64,000 nt of DNA. Origin: Vicugna vicugna (taxonomy: Eukaryota). The notes under the pieces are model-generated. The model did not search any database and had not been told where the DNA came from. It was given only the letters and a program-made list of their open reading frames with translations. The DNA is taken from assembly GCA_013265495.1 (NCBI GenBank), contig MU060665.1:372001-436000 (forward strand), given 5' to 3'. The translations under genes were made by a program, and so were the position numbers. Positions 22,478 to 36,600 of the stretch are shown here, one piece after another. Position 1 is the stretch's first letter, and every line of letters starts with the position of its first letter.

Positions 22478-25049
22478 CTGGAAGCAAACATACAGGCCAG
22501 AGTCAGTGATCCACACAGAGCCCAGCACAACACCCAGCCAGACGGGTCTGCGTTTGAGACCCAGGAAGGGGACGGCTGTAGGGGAATCACTCAATTTTTG
22601 TAAGCCTCAGTTTCTTCATCTGTAAAGTGGGAACAGGAGGTCTCTGCTCTTGCAGGGGGACACTGGTTCCTCCCCTCGGGTCCCCACGCCCGATCCCTGC
22701 CCCCACAGCCGTGAAGCACCCAGGGAGCTCAGACACTTCACTAATGGTGGGCTGTTTCTACAAAGCATTGGCACCGAGCACGTAGTTACATAACTGGAAA
22801 ATAGCTATTCTGTGAATGAATGATGTAGATCCATGTGAAAAAATAAAATGAAGTCATTTTATACCCCACCCCCCATTACAGAAAATGTTAGCTGCCCTCT
22901 GAGGTGATCTGTCCTTGCCTCTTATCTTGGAAGGAGGGCAGGGAGGCTGGCATCTCTGGCCACTGAAGACTCCCGGCCTGGCTCAACAGACACTCCAGAA
23001 AGGAGGGGTCTCCAGCTGGGTGCTGTTGAGGGGCGGGCCTGAGCCCCTGAAGAGACCTTGTTACAGATGGTTCAGTGTAACTCTTTCCCCATATACATGA
23101 CACCCAGGCCCAGTCTGTCACCTCCCTGGGAGAGAGGACAGAGAAAACAGAGCACAACTCCTTAGAATCTGAGCTCCTGTCTCAGCGGTAAGCACTGCCA
23201 GAACGCTGGCCTGTGCTCTCCTGGGCTCAGGAGGGAACCGAGTTCAGCTGTCCTGTCAGACGGCCCCTTAACTGCCTGGGGAAGGGCCTGCAGGCTGGGA
23301 AGAGGCCTCTTCCTGAGGCCTAACTTCAGGGCCACCTGTACCCATCTTGGGCCTCTGCCTCCAACAGTGTGGCCATTTGGCCTTATCCCAAGCCGGTGGC
23401 TGAGTGTAGGCCCGGGGTCTAGCTGACCTGGCTGGCTGCGCTATGCTCTTGCTGTGTGACCTTGGGCAATCAATTAACCTCTCTGAACCTTCTCATCCTT
23501 AAGATGAGGATGATACCATCTACCTTGGAGAGTTGCTGTGAGGATTCAACAACAATACATCTAAAGTGCTTAGCATGGCACCTGGTGCCTATAGTAAGAA
23601 ATCAGTAAATGTTATCAGCATTATTCCCTTCCCCTGATCCTACCTTTTAAACACCAGGAAAACAATGATCAGCTAGATTTGTTTGTTTTCAGCCATTTGT
23701 AGGCAGAAAACTAAAATCTGGGGGCCAGCTGCCCCCCTTTCCCACAAAGATGCAGAGAAACTGCCCACTTCTCCCCACCTGCAACCTTCTCCTGCTGCCT
23801 CTGACCTCACCTGGACCCTGACTCCTGCTCACGGCCATTCTCTCTCTATTTAGAGCAGTAATATAAACTTTTACTCTGGGTGAAAACCATCCACTGATAC
23901 AGGTCATGTACATTCATAGTGTTCTCTGCAGTTACTGAACACGTTGTGAATTAATAAAATTATGTTATCCTCATGCTTGTAAAAACGAGCACAGATTTCC
24001 TGGATTGTGACTTGAGATCAAGCAGATAAAGCACATTAAGGCATTTATGGACCAACGTTGTTTCTCAGAAACAAAATGAAAGATGCACCTATCTGGGGTT
24101 TGGTTTGCTCACAAATAGTAACCCAGAGGAAGATCTTTATATCTGCAGCTTTTCACAGTGACAGTGCCCTGGCTTCTGTATAGACAGAACAGACTTTAAC
24201 TTGCTTCCATAGACATAAAAACACTGACATCATGAGGCCTTAAACCGTGGCTTTCCCATAGCTGCTACAATCGCCACTGTCAGTTACTGAAAAGTAGCAC
24301 GGTAACTCTTCTTCTCCAACCATCAGGTCACCCAAATCTGAGTAGGTGCCATATTCAAAGGGGCTGGCATTACCTCCATCAAACAGTGGTGTCCCCAGAC
24401 CCCGCTGAGCCCCGGCAGTGTGGAGATGGACAGGAGCCTCTGTTAGGGGAGGGCAGGAACTCTGAGAGCTCCCCTCCTTCACGAGATGCAGGGCTACAGG
24501 GACGGCCTCCCACCTCCCTCCAGTTGCTTCTGCCATGCAGCCTTCCCTTCTGTCCCCAGAAGCTTCCCAGCCACCTTCCAGAACACTGTCTCCCCCTGAG
24601 CTCTGGTTCCCACACCGCACACTCCATAGAATGTTTTTCTATCAGTTAATTTGTCTTCTTTCTCCTTATCTGCCAGCTCCTTCCTATGTCTACAAATAGA
24701 TTCAAATCCTCCCGAAGTTAAAAAAAAGAAAAAGAAAAAGAAAGGACAGGAAGGGAAGGAGGATGGGAACAGAGAGGCTGGCCCTCCTTCAGTTGCTGCA
24801 TGTCCCCTGTCTATCCGCTCTCACTCCTCGGACTTCCTCTCCCTTCCTTCCCATAAAACGGGCTGTGGCTCGTGCCCCCACCACGCAGCCGTGACTGCTC
24901 TAGGGCAGCCCAGCTGCCCTTCTCTTTGGTGGGTCCCCTGACCCTCCGGCCCTTCCCGCTCTCTCTGCAGTATCTGATGCTGTCGCAGCCTGCTTCTCCC
25001 GCCTCGGCCAGGATTTGTCATTTTCTGTGCCACATCTTCCCAATGCTCT

Positions 25050-26060
25050 CCTTCTTTGCCTTCATGTCACCGCCCTCCCTTGGTTTGCCTGACATTTCCC
25101 AGCCTTCTTGGCCACCTTCACAGCCTTCCCCTCACCCTTGTCCCAGCCTCGCCCTGGACTCCTCTCCTGTGCTGTGGCCCTCGCCATCTGCTGTCCCCAG
25201 TCTCTTCTCCAGCCACAAGTCAGGTCATGACACTTTTCTGTTTAAAAAGCCCTGGGAGGCACTGTCACAGATGAGGGGCTCAATCTGAATGAATGAGTGA
25301 ATGAATGGGTGAATGTACAGACCCATTGTTTGCCTCCCTTGTCAAGGTCACCTACTTGGTCTAAACGTTTTGTGATCTGAACCACCTGTCTCAGGCCCTC
25401 TCCTGTCTTAACTTCTGTTTCTTCCAGGTGTCAGGGGACTGCCCCCCCCCCCAGTACACACACTCTCCAAGACTGAGTCGCCCCTCCCCCAACCTGTTTC
25501 TCCACCTGTGTTCCTTATCTCACGAGTGATCATTCTCCTCCCTGTCACCCAGACCAGCAGCTCCCTCTTCCACAACCCCATCACCCAGTCAGTCGACAAG
25601 TTCTCCCAAATTGACCTTTGTGATCCTTCTGCAGTCTCTGAGACCAGTTGCCTTATCTAGACCAGGACCTACTTTCTGGACTCCAGCAAATGTCTCCACC
25701 TGTGCTGCCCTCACGACCTCAGCAATGTTAACATGCTCCATCTTTTCATTCTGCAGCCTCACTGCCACCCTGCTTAGGTCTCTAAGGCATAATTCTGGTC
25801 TGATCATGTCACCCCCTCCTCAAATCCCTTCCACAACTCCCCACTGCCAGTGAATAATGGCCTTCCAGGATCTGATCCCACTTACTTTCCACTGCCCCTC
25901 AATTCCCTTCATTTCAGCTATGGTGGACTTGAACCTGAACTTTCCACCCATCCACCTCCCACCTGGGAGGGCAGGACCATCGCTTATTCAACTCTACAAG
26001 CCCCACAGCACCTGGCACAGTGTCTAAGACGTGGAAACACTCAAAGGACATCTGTTCAGT
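25050..26060 (+). mobile_element. LINE L2 fragments in intron 2
   Basis: L2-like motifs (gatcatgtcaccccctcctcaaatcccttcc; gcacctggcacagtgtctaag). Boundaries approximate. Confidence 0.55.
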
Positions 26061-28194
26061 TGAACAGAGAATCTCTGCCCTTTGATCATCTTGGAAACTC
26101 ATGTAAAAATCACATCAAAATCGAGTCAGGGCACATTTTTGTCCTCTTATTAATATGCATCCTTATTAAGTCAGCTGTTGGAGGCGTATGCCCTACGCAA
26201 GAGAAAACACCACCACTCCTTGGAAACCGGCAATTAAAGCTCCGGCGGTGAGTTTTCTTTCCTCCAGGAGAAGTCAGTGCCTGGTCCCTTTCCTCTCCAC
26301 ACTTTACACAGGAGCTTCTGCCTTCCCCATCCGTGAAGACTCTGAAATCCTCCACGTCTCCCCACAGGCTGGTGGCCAGACAGCGTTGGGCAGACCTTTA
26401 CCAACCTATCCAGGAGCAGCCCCACTCCCGGGGGTCAAGTAAGGCTAAACAGAAAGCACACTTTCCAGTGGTGACCGTCAATGGCATTGAATCCAAGCTC
26501 TTAAAACAAGTTTTAAGAAAAATGATCTAGTCTCCAAATGTCTTCTAGGCCTGCAAGGACCTACAAGCTTAAGCATTCCTACCTCGTGGACCGTCAGTGG
26601 AGGAGACGCCTGGGAGAGGGCAGGTGACTTCTGAGAGGAGGCCTATTTCCTTTTTCTAGAGAGAGTCAGGAGACGTCTTTCTGAGTCCTGTCCCCTCCCC
26701 AACATCTCACCATCTAGCAAGAGCCACATAAAGTAACAGCCCAGGCTCCGCACTCCCCATTCCCAGCCTTGAACTCAAGGACCTGCCTTCACTGGGCTCC
26801 CTCCTTTCAGAGCCCTGCCTCAGGCCTGCACAGGAGCCTCTGCTCCAGCCAGACCAGCCTTCTCAACATGCCGTGGAGCTCCGCCCACATCCTCTGCTCT
26901 GACATCCTCCCCTGCCCATGCCCCTCCGCTCTCCTAGCCAAACCCCATCCATCCTTAACACCACGTGGAAGTCCCCCTCCTCTCACGTGCATGCCTCTCT
27001 GATGTGGGTGGGAAAGAGCTCAGTGAGGCCAGGCAGACCCCTCCCAGTGTTCACATGTGCATATCCCTCCCTGCCTGCCAACTAGCTGGGAAGCTCCACC
27101 TGCCCCTGTGCACAGCACTTTCCTGCCTGGCCGGCCTCGCTTATGTTTCTGGCCATGGCTTATGTGCCTGGCCTCTCTGTGATGGAGAGCACAGGGCCGC
27201 ACCCCCAGCAAACATTCACCCAACAGCGGCTGATGGATGGACTGCTTCAAATGCGGTAGCACACAGCGGCCACCACGAGCCCAGAGGGCAGCAGGAAGAA
27301 AGACAGCTAATGTTTATGGAACTGTGAGTGACGCCACAGTGTCTTTCACTTCACACTTGGCAACAATCCCGTTAGACAGACAGTATCATCTCATTTCTCA
27401 GACAAGGAAACTGAGGCCTGTGGCTGGGGCACTGTTAAGTGACTTCCTGAGTCACTGTCAGTGAGCAGTGGAGCCAGGATATGAACCCACATCAATTACC
27501 TCCTCAGAATCTTGCAAAGGGAGGACATCCGCCCTCCCCCCACAAACTGCTGCTTCCTATAAACTCGATCCCAACCAGGTCTTTGGCTACACACGCTCCT
27601 GTACCATTACCCGCTGAGGGATATTCCCGGGGCCCATGGCAAAGCTCCTCCCCCAGAGGTTCCAGCCTCTAGGCCCCCAAGCACAGCCAGAACCTGCTGC
27701 AAGCTAGGCCCGCCCTCTCTCTCGCCCTCTCTCTGTTCCCTTCCAGCTGGGCACCGGCTCCAGTCCTATAGGCCCTGACACAGCCGGCCCGCCCTGCAGG
27801 GCCTGGTGTTTGCTAAACAGGCTGGGCTGGTGGAAGCTCACTGTTTCCTCATGGTGACAAGGGGCAGGAGGCAGAGGAAAGGGAAGATGACACATATCAC
27901 TGGGGGTGGCCAGACTCTTGTGTGAGCACGTCCCCAACACACCAGCAATGCTCTCTCTTCCCTTGTTCAGCGCATGTCCCCATCTTACAGCTCTCACAGC
28001 CGTTATGGGTATGAGCGAGGACAGGCTCCAGTCCCCAGGGGACAGCAGACAGGGGAACGGGGCAGTCTCTCTGGCCTGCTGGCAGCCAGGCCCACCTCCA
28101 GGGTCTGCACTGCTTTCTAGGGAGTCCAGCCATGCAGCCCACAGGCACACCCGGCTCCTAGTGGGCCAGACTCTCTGAAGATCTGGAATCTGAG

Positions 28195-28417
28195 CAGTGC
28201 TTTCCAAACACTAGGAGCAATCCAGTGGTGAGTTGTAAAATCAATTTAGTAACTCAGTAGTTTTAAAAAATAAATAGAACAAAATATCAGCGTGTCCTGC
28301 ACTTACTAAGAATATTGTTCTATGAATCATTTGTTTTAGGGATAGCAGATACAAACCAACTTCTGGAGCTCACTGTAAGCATTGTAGGTCACAGTAACAA
28401 GTGTTTGAAAGCCACTG
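28195..28417. mobile_element. hAT-Charlie-type MITE remnant
   Basis: Imperfect terminal inverted repeats CAGTGCTTTCCAAAC ... GTTTGAAAGCCACTG; 8-bp TSD not preserved. Confidence 0.65.
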
Positions 28418-30552
28418 TATCGGGCCTTAGAGCAGAGCCCCGGCTTGAGCCACTAGCACCCTGGACCGGAGCCCCAGGGACAGGGCATGGAGGGCCTCTC
28501 CCTGCCGAGCTCAACTGCAGGCTCTTTGGGAAAGGCAGGGAGGGCTTGGCCGCGGGAGGTCACAACACTGGTCTGTGAAGTTCTTAAGAAGTGGACAGGT
28601 GACTACCAGCCCAGCTCAGCTCAGCCAGGTGCCACCCTGTATGGAGGCAGGGCAAGGTCAAGGAGACTGGCTCAGGGCCCTCCCAGCTCCCCTCCCACAG
28701 ACGGCAGGGCGGTTGGGAAGATGATTAACCACTCGAGGCATTCAGGCTGCGTGTGCTGCATGACCCAAGCGGGAGCTGAGAAGCTGGATCTCCTGACGTC
28801 CCTGGGCTGCCTCCTTCACACCCACTGGGCCCCAGCGTCTCCCAGGCAGAAACAGAAAGCCCTAGATGCCTGGCCTTGGGGAGCCACCACAGGATGTCCT
28901 GACCTGGCCATGGGACCAATGTCGACCCGCCTTCCCAGGGGCTGGGCAGTGGCCTGACCCCTGTGCGGAGTCCCCACTGGGAGAAAAACACCGGCCTGTG
29001 AACAGAGATTCCTGCTGTCACAGTGGTGTCCCCCCACCACCACCCCCCTAGCCTCCCACGAGGCCGCTGCTGCTGGGCCAGGTTCTGCAGAAGGAACAGA
29101 GTGCCCCAGCCTCCCTCAGGGGAGTAATTTTGAATATTTTAAGTTACATATCTCGAGGCCAAGGAGAGGGCAATGGCTCTGCCGGGAATTCTTTTACTTG
29201 AAAGAGATGATTGATAAACAGCGTTTCCACTGCCACTTCTAACCGATACTGCTCACAACGTGTCCCCAGGCCAGTCCGGCCCCGGCTGAGAGGGGCCGTG
29301 GGCCCTGATCCTAGGTGGTAACAGGAGCACAGGAGGGAGCTCCAAGGAGCCATGGCTACCCTGAGCCCAGCAGCACTTCACTGACTGTGAGAACAGAAAG
29401 GTCACATGGAGTTAGAGCTGGAAGACGCTGGGGGAGCCTGGAGCCTTGCTCTCCAGACGAATTTCTCGGCGTCATTATCCTCAGACAGGGCTCATGGCTC
29501 TGCCTGGAAACAGAAGCCCCCGTACTCAGAGCTTGTTCCAGGACAGTGCTTGGCCTTTCGGTTTTCAGAGTCATTTCCTGATTATTAATGGTACAGGGGA
29601 AACTGCTTTTCTAGATGCCATTCTGGTGGGAGCACACTAATTACTTATAGCTGGAGGTAGAGAGAGCGCAATCCAGATTTGGATTCTTTCATTTGGAAGG
29701 GAACTAATTGGATTACAGCCGGGCCTGAGCCCCGGGGAGGGCGCTAAGTATAACGGCATAGCCTTGCTGCTCTGGGCGTCCCAGAGCCTCCGACATGAGA
29801 GCCTTGGAAGTTGTCCAGATGTTAATTAAGTGGTGATGCCCCGCGGTGGGCAGGCTGGCAGGCAAGGCACCATCGGAGACCTCGTGCTACTTTCAGAGCC
29901 AGGGTGACGGGGCCTCATGTGTTGGGTGTGACGACTCCCATGATGGGGATCCCTGCAGCCTGAGGCATCAGGGTAAGTCACTTCCGAGCCACTTGGGTTC
30001 AAGGCTACTCACCTGATGAGGACGAGGCTTGAAAGTGTTTCTGGGGTCCTTTCCTAGGGGACCATGAGACCCCCCGGTGTCTGATCCTGCCCACGGATGT
30101 GTCAGAGCCTGAACCCTGGTCTTATAGGGTTTAAATCAGCCCTCTAAGGCTGGGAGGTCAGGTGGAAGAGAACTGGAAAGAGGCCCCTGGGAGCTGGGAG
30201 CTCTCACCAACCTGGGTGATGATCACTGCACGGCTGAACTCTGCCCATCCCAACACACCCACACAGCCCCTTGCCCTTAGAAACGGGAGAATGTGCCAGA
30301 CCAAGTGAACCTCTTTCTCTTCTGCGTCCCAATTCATATCCCTTTCTGCCTCTAAAACAGGTGTCCCATCCAGACACAGTGTTCCAGGCGCTGTGACTTA
30401 AACAAGTTGAGCCCAGACGCCTGGGAGGATCCCCCCACCCCGCCCCTCCCAGAGCTCAGCAGCCAGGCGGATGCCAGGGAGGCACGGGGCAGCTGGCAAC
30501 GAGCCCCAACAGCGCTGTCCCCCAGGCCCGCTCTCCCCTCAGAGTCACACAC

Positions 30553-30653
30553 CCTCACAGTCGGGAAGCCAAGGATGTTGAAGTCTCTGCAGACGGCACT
30601 GTTGGTCTCATCCGCACAGTCCAGGACAGCAAGATTCAGGGCTGGCCTCCAGC
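30553..30653 (-). CDS. QSOX1: QSOX1 exon 2
   Basis: ctttcag|GC TGG...WRPALNLAVLDCADETNSAVCRDFNILGFPTVR; donor AGG|GTGTGT; 101 nt. Confidence 0.97.
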
Positions 30654-33600
30654 CTGAAAGGACAAAGAAAAAACGCCCCCCATAACCCAAGGTAAGTAAG
30701 AGGGACTGGCCCTTCTGCCTGCTCACCCTGCCCCCATGGCACCTGCTCCAAACTCTTATGAGAAAGGCCACTGCTTCCTCAAATAAGGACCTCTGAGATA
30801 GTCGGGTTATTCTGCCATTGGCCCGTGCTTAGGACACAGTTAAGCAGCACCAGCAACCCACTCAGGACAGCAGTGCTGTCTTGTAGTGACATCCGTGTTC
30901 TGCATTATTCTACAGTGGGGGAGGGGCGCAGGGGCTGGAGGAGCTGAAGAGAGGTGTGAGATGAGCCTGCCCTCCTGGTGAAAGGCCTCTGGGACACTGC
31001 CTCTGTCCCCGCTGTCCTTTACAGAGGATCAGTTCCAGATGGGTGAAGAGCAAGCCTCAGGAGTTTAGGATTCCCCAGGGGACCCTCGGTGAAGACTTCT
31101 GCAGCCAGAGGAACTGGCAGCCAGCCCAGCTTGGGTGGATGGGACATAGAGTGTTGGGGACTGGCTCCCTGCCAGAGATGGAGGCAGGAAGTCTAGGGGA
31201 GGAAGGGGAAGACACCTGGGGTCTAGAAGCCACGGCAAAGAAGCCCTGAGGCCAGAATCTGGAAGGAGATGAATAGCTCTCAAGGCTGGCTGCCTGGGCA
31301 CCCTGCTCCTTCATCCCAGCCCTAGGCCACAAGCCCTCCCTCGGCTGGAACTTACTGGCAGAGAGAATAATGGCACGGTTCAGGGCCACTGCCCAGGATC
31401 TGGGAAACAGAAAACAAACTCATCTACCGGGCAGGCCTCCTGAGCTCTGGTTCCAGCTCAGGTGCCCCTGGAGCACCCACCGAAGTGCCATGTCACAGTG
31501 AGGCTGTTCCCGCTGCCGGGGAACATGCACAGGAAGGCCGCACAGACGTGAGGTGGCTATGGACTGGTGCCACGCTGTGTGGCCGCAGGAGAGATCAGCC
31601 CTGGAGATCAAGAAGGGGCCTGGCAGGAAAGGTGGAAATCAAGCAGAGCCTTGACTGTCAGTTGAGGTGTCAAGGGACCAGGGAACCAGGGACCCAGGCA
31701 AGCAGTTGAGGAGAGGAGAATAGAACGGGCAGACTTAAGGACTCTGACAAGACCTGGCGGGGCTGCAGAGGCTGTCGCCAGCTGGGAGTGGCAGCCCAGG
31801 GGTTCTGGGCTGACTCCCACAGTACCCCGGAGCACGGGCATCTCTGGGCAGATGCGGGAAGGGGGAAGCCTGCCCGAGGAGTGTGGGGGCACATATACTC
31901 CCCAGAGGGCTGTACTCCTCCCTTCTGGAGTACAGGATGGGGCAGGGGGATTTACACAGGCAGCCAACCAGAACCCACTAATTACAGGAGACTAATATCC
32001 AAATAACACCCCTGAGACCACAGCTTCACGAGGACCTCTTACCTCGCCCCAGAACCTGTCCCTTATGACAACTGAAAAATCACTACTTCCAAAGGCATCA
32101 GAGCTCCCAAGAACCTTTTATGCCCAGGGGAGGAGTGTTACCCTCACTTCCACGACAGACGCACGAAGAGCCAGGATACCTCCCAGACACCCCTGACCCA
32201 TCACCATCCCTCAAAGGAAAGGTCCCGAAGGTTCAGAGCAACTAAACTGGTCCTTCCTGGGGTGACACAAGGGAGGGGGTTTGGGGCTGTGAGGCAGGCT
32301 GGCTGTCCCTCCTCCCCCTTTCCTTTCTTGCTAGCAGTCTACCCTTGGCACTAAATCCTGGCATGAGGGACGCAGTGGGGACAGGGTGGGCTAGTGGGTG
32401 AATGGAAGTGTTCAGCAGACTGGTGAGCCACATCCTATGATGCCATTTCCCCAACACTCCCAACCCCTCACCTCAGCAAACCCCTTCTGCGGAGCTCTCT
32501 GCTCCTCTGGCACAGGAGGGCAGCGTTTTGAGCTGCAAATACCTGCCAGCCCAACTGGCCCGTGTCCTTCAGCTTTACATCCAGCTGGCAGGGCAGCCTG
32601 TACAAACACAGCTGCGGACAGCGGTCAGGGTCTGCTCCACACCGGGCTTGGACAGCATCCCTCCCGCCCTTCCTGACACTCTGCTCTCCCCCCACTGTCA
32701 GCACCACATGGGAGGGGCAGAGTCAGGCCGTCCAGCCACGCGGAACCGCTGATCCCAGCCAGCTTCCGTGTCCTGCCATCTTCCCTTCCAGGTCTCTTCC
32801 TGCCCACGCCCATATCTCCTCTCCCTGCTCCTACATTCTCTACCTCTAACCACCTTCCTAGTGAGCTAGTGCCGGGTTTCTTAGGACAGCTCCTGTCCAG
32901 ATGAAGTGTCTTATTTCCCTCCTGGCCGAAGTTCCAGTATGCTCTATCGGTAGCCTACCCAGCCCCCGGTGACCTTTTCCATCTGTGGATCTGACTGCAT
33001 CACTCTCTACTCAATATTCTTTGATGGCTCCCATTGCCTTTAGAAGAAAACCTGCAGGCCTAAGACCATTCTTGATCTGGGCCCTCCCCACCCACCCAGT
33101 CTCCTCCTAACTTCCCCCAATTATGTTCCAGGAATCCTGTGGGTCTTCTTCTTTGAAAGCACAATGCTTGTCCAGGCCACTCCCACAGCCACCCTTACCC
33201 ACCCAACAAACTTCCGTTTGTCAGGTACGACTCAGTCTGAACAAGATTCTTCCCCAGGAAGAGTTGCCTTCCAAGCGCCAGGCTCAGGCCCTGTTCCTGT
33301 TTCTACCACTCGGTTACAAACCTGTCCATCCCTAAGTGTCTCTTCGTTCTCACATCCTCACTGCCTAGCTTCACCACTGTCCTGCGCACAAGAGGTGCTC
33401 AGTGACTACTGTCTGAATGAGACAGTCCACCCAGCCCAGGGGCTGCTCTAGTTCTGGAGCATCTTCTCTCAGCCTCAGTCTGTCCTCAGGCCCAGGTAGG
33501 GGGTGAGGCTAATGCCAGTCACCTGCCAATGCAGGAGAAGCGAGCTGTCCAGGGGCAGGGTTTTGCCTGGATCACAGCAGAGCACCCCAGGCCTCTGTTC

Positions 33601-36600
33601 TATGGCTTCTCCCTTGCCTGGAGGCAGGGAGCCCAAGGGAGGATGGGAAACACAGGTCACCCCACAGAGCCATCTGGCACATTCCAGGCTTGGCTCCTTT
33701 GGTTCTGCACCCAGGGCTCTGGTCACTTTGTTCGGGGAGACCCACAGGAGAGGCCAGCTGTTCTCAAAAGTCAGTAAATCGATTAGACATACGGGTGGGA
33801 GAGAGGCAAGTTTGTGTCCCTCCACCAGTGAGGGCCCCTGGCAGCGGCTCTCACAAGGCCAACTTGGCGGAGTGACCAGGGACAGCAGGCCTCAATCGCT
33901 CCTGTCCTCGCTGAGAGAGCAGGCACCACCCCTAGGGCCAGAGGGATGACTGGGGTACAGAGACTCCAGAAACAGGAAGGGAGAAGACCGAAAGCTAGTG
34001 TCCAGTGAGCGCCGGGCCACACTCTAGGCTTTCACACTCCACCACCCTATTGGGGGTGGCCACCATGTCCCCCACTTTACAAATGACAACAGAGACCAAG
34101 AGGTCTCCAAGTTGTCCAAGGGCTACCAGACTCAAAAACCACTTTCTTCCCTCTGCCTCACCAGGGTCACACGCTACCTTTATATTTTTGCTGTTTGCTC
34201 CAACCACAACCTTTCCAGTGAGAGAAAGAATGGTATAAACAGTCTTATCTTCTAGTTACATACCATTCTCTGTAACTCACAGCAGTCGGTCAGGATCACA
34301 GACTCAGCCCTTTCTTAGATGAGGATGATACCACGCACACAGAGGGTTTACCGAGTGCCTAATTTACGTAGTTTAGTGCCTGCAGCTACACTGTGAGGAA
34401 AGTAAGAAGGAATTTTTCCTTTGCCCGGCTTTCCTGGACTGTAAAATAGAGATCAGATAACTGTGCCAAAGGCACATAACTAATCAGCAGTGAATGTGGG
34501 ATCTGAACCCAGGATTTGAGCCTCCCTGCTGGTCTCAAGAGGGCCCGGGACACAAAAGAGAGAAGCTCTGTTGCTTCCCAACCAGGAAACTCAAGAGGCG
34601 GTGGGTGGGGTGGGCGTTAGTAATGGGGGACGAGGGGGAGCTAATGCCTGGGAATTCTCAGCCCCTGGCTCCTGGAAGGTCTTCGATTCCTCTTTATGCC
34701 TTGATTCCTGGGACCTCTGTGGAACGGAACATGCCTCCTCTTACCAGCCTCAGCCCCAGGGAGAGGTGGAGGGGGAGACTGGGGCCAGTCAGGTGCTGGG
34801 AGAGTCTTGGCTGAGGAATGTTTCTCAGGAATATCAATGTCAATACCTTAATGAGCCATAATGACCTACAAAGATCTGGTCCGACACTAATCACGGCGGG
34901 CCTGACTATTCATCATGCTAACAGTACCGGGAACAGAGAGCACCCTTATCTGGGCGCTCCACTGCTAAAGCAAAGCTGCATTTCAAACGAAGTGCACTGC
35001 TGTCAAAGAGGCACAGAACTGGGTGAGAGAGGCTTTTTAAAGTGACTTACTACCACAGACTGCACGCCTGACACCAAAAGAATCAGCAGTCTCTGGGGGA
35101 GGAAAAACTTTCCTGGTGCAATTACTGCCCCGGCGAAGTAATCTCTCCACTGGCAACAGAGTAAATGAGCAAATGGAGGGGGGAGGCAGGGAGGCAAGCG
35201 TAGGTGGGACAGCTGTGGACTTTGGGGTGGTGGGGGAGGGGACACGGTGATGAAGCGGGATGGGATCCTGCTGGAGCCAAAGGCAGTGCCCCCACCCCCA
35301 CTCACAAGGCCAGGAAGGGGCACTAGACTCAGAGTCACAAGATTTGCTTATAGCTATTAGTGGTCAAAGCACCATCAGCTCCACATGTCCCCTCTCTGGG
35401 CCTCAGTTTCCCAGGATGGAGGTCTCTCAAGTCCTATCCAGCCATCTCTGACAACCACTCAGGTGCCGGATGGCAAAACACACTTGCCAAGAAGGGACGT
35501 GAGGCCTCTGAGCATTAAGCAGCCTGGTCCTCTGCTAAGGCAGACACCGGACCCTCCCCAACCACCAAGAACCAGTAGGGTTGAGAGGTGTCTCTGGGAA
35601 CCCTCCCGGCACAGGGAGTTGGCCAGTGCTACACCGTCACCATATCCCTTCCTCCTTGTTGCGGGCAGGCTTCTGGGCAGTGAGGTCATGACATGGACAA
35701 AATGCCTTCCCTACCCCTCACACCCGGCTGACACCCCAGGTCTGAGTCAAGAGGAGCCACAGCAATAGCAGAAGGCCTGGTTACTCACAGCCTCGTCTGG
35801 AATCCCTCAAGGCTCACAGCATCGGTCTGCCTGAGTGTTCAGTGGCTGCTACCCTGGGCCAGGCCCTGTGCCAGGACCGCAGGGGTACAAGCAGGAGAGG
35901 TGGACCACGCCCTGGGAAAGAAAGGGGGGCAAACCCACACTGCTCACTGTCACTCAACATCCCTGCCTTACAAATCTCATCTCCACGGCTCTGCGCAGGC
36001 CAAAACTTCTCCCACCTGGAGTATCCTTCCTCCTTCCCCACCTCTCCACCTGCCCAGGCTCTGGAGAGGCAGAAAGCTGGGCTCTAGAACCTCCTCCAGC
36101 ATCTGTGTAAACTTAATCAAGTTACTTATCTGTTAAAAAAGGCTATCTATTGCTCAGATGTTTTTCATAAAGATTATATATAACCGTGGCCTATAAAGGC
36201 CCTTGGCTCAGTGTCTGGCGTAAGGCAAGTGTGTAGTAAGTAACTCCCTGGATGAAGGCCTTTGGTGACCAGGCTGTGACTTTCTCCTTCCCTGAATTCC
36301 CACAACAGGAAATGGCTGAGCTAACTTCTTTGACCCTTTTCAAACACAGCTTCTCATTGGTGTCAATTTCCCTGCTTTGTGATGCGTATTTACTCAATAG
36401 TAATGTAAACAATGCTTTGCACAAAGAGGTCACTCAACAAATATTTGCTGATTGATTAGCAAGTGAAGAGGACTGAAGGTCTAAAATGAACACAATCAAT
36501 TTCCCAAACATATTGTGAGGCAGTAAGAGCTGCTCTGGAATAGGAAGGGGTGAGCCAGGTCATCAGAAACAAGTGCTGGGCCCCAGGGTAACAACTGCCC

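Noticed and set aside
30689-30697. Perfect plus-strand splice donor AAG|GTAAGT beside exon 2, with others at about 15670 and 29970, hinting at an antisense transcript
   Set aside because: Such short motifs occur by chance every few kb; no matching acceptors or promoter evidence.
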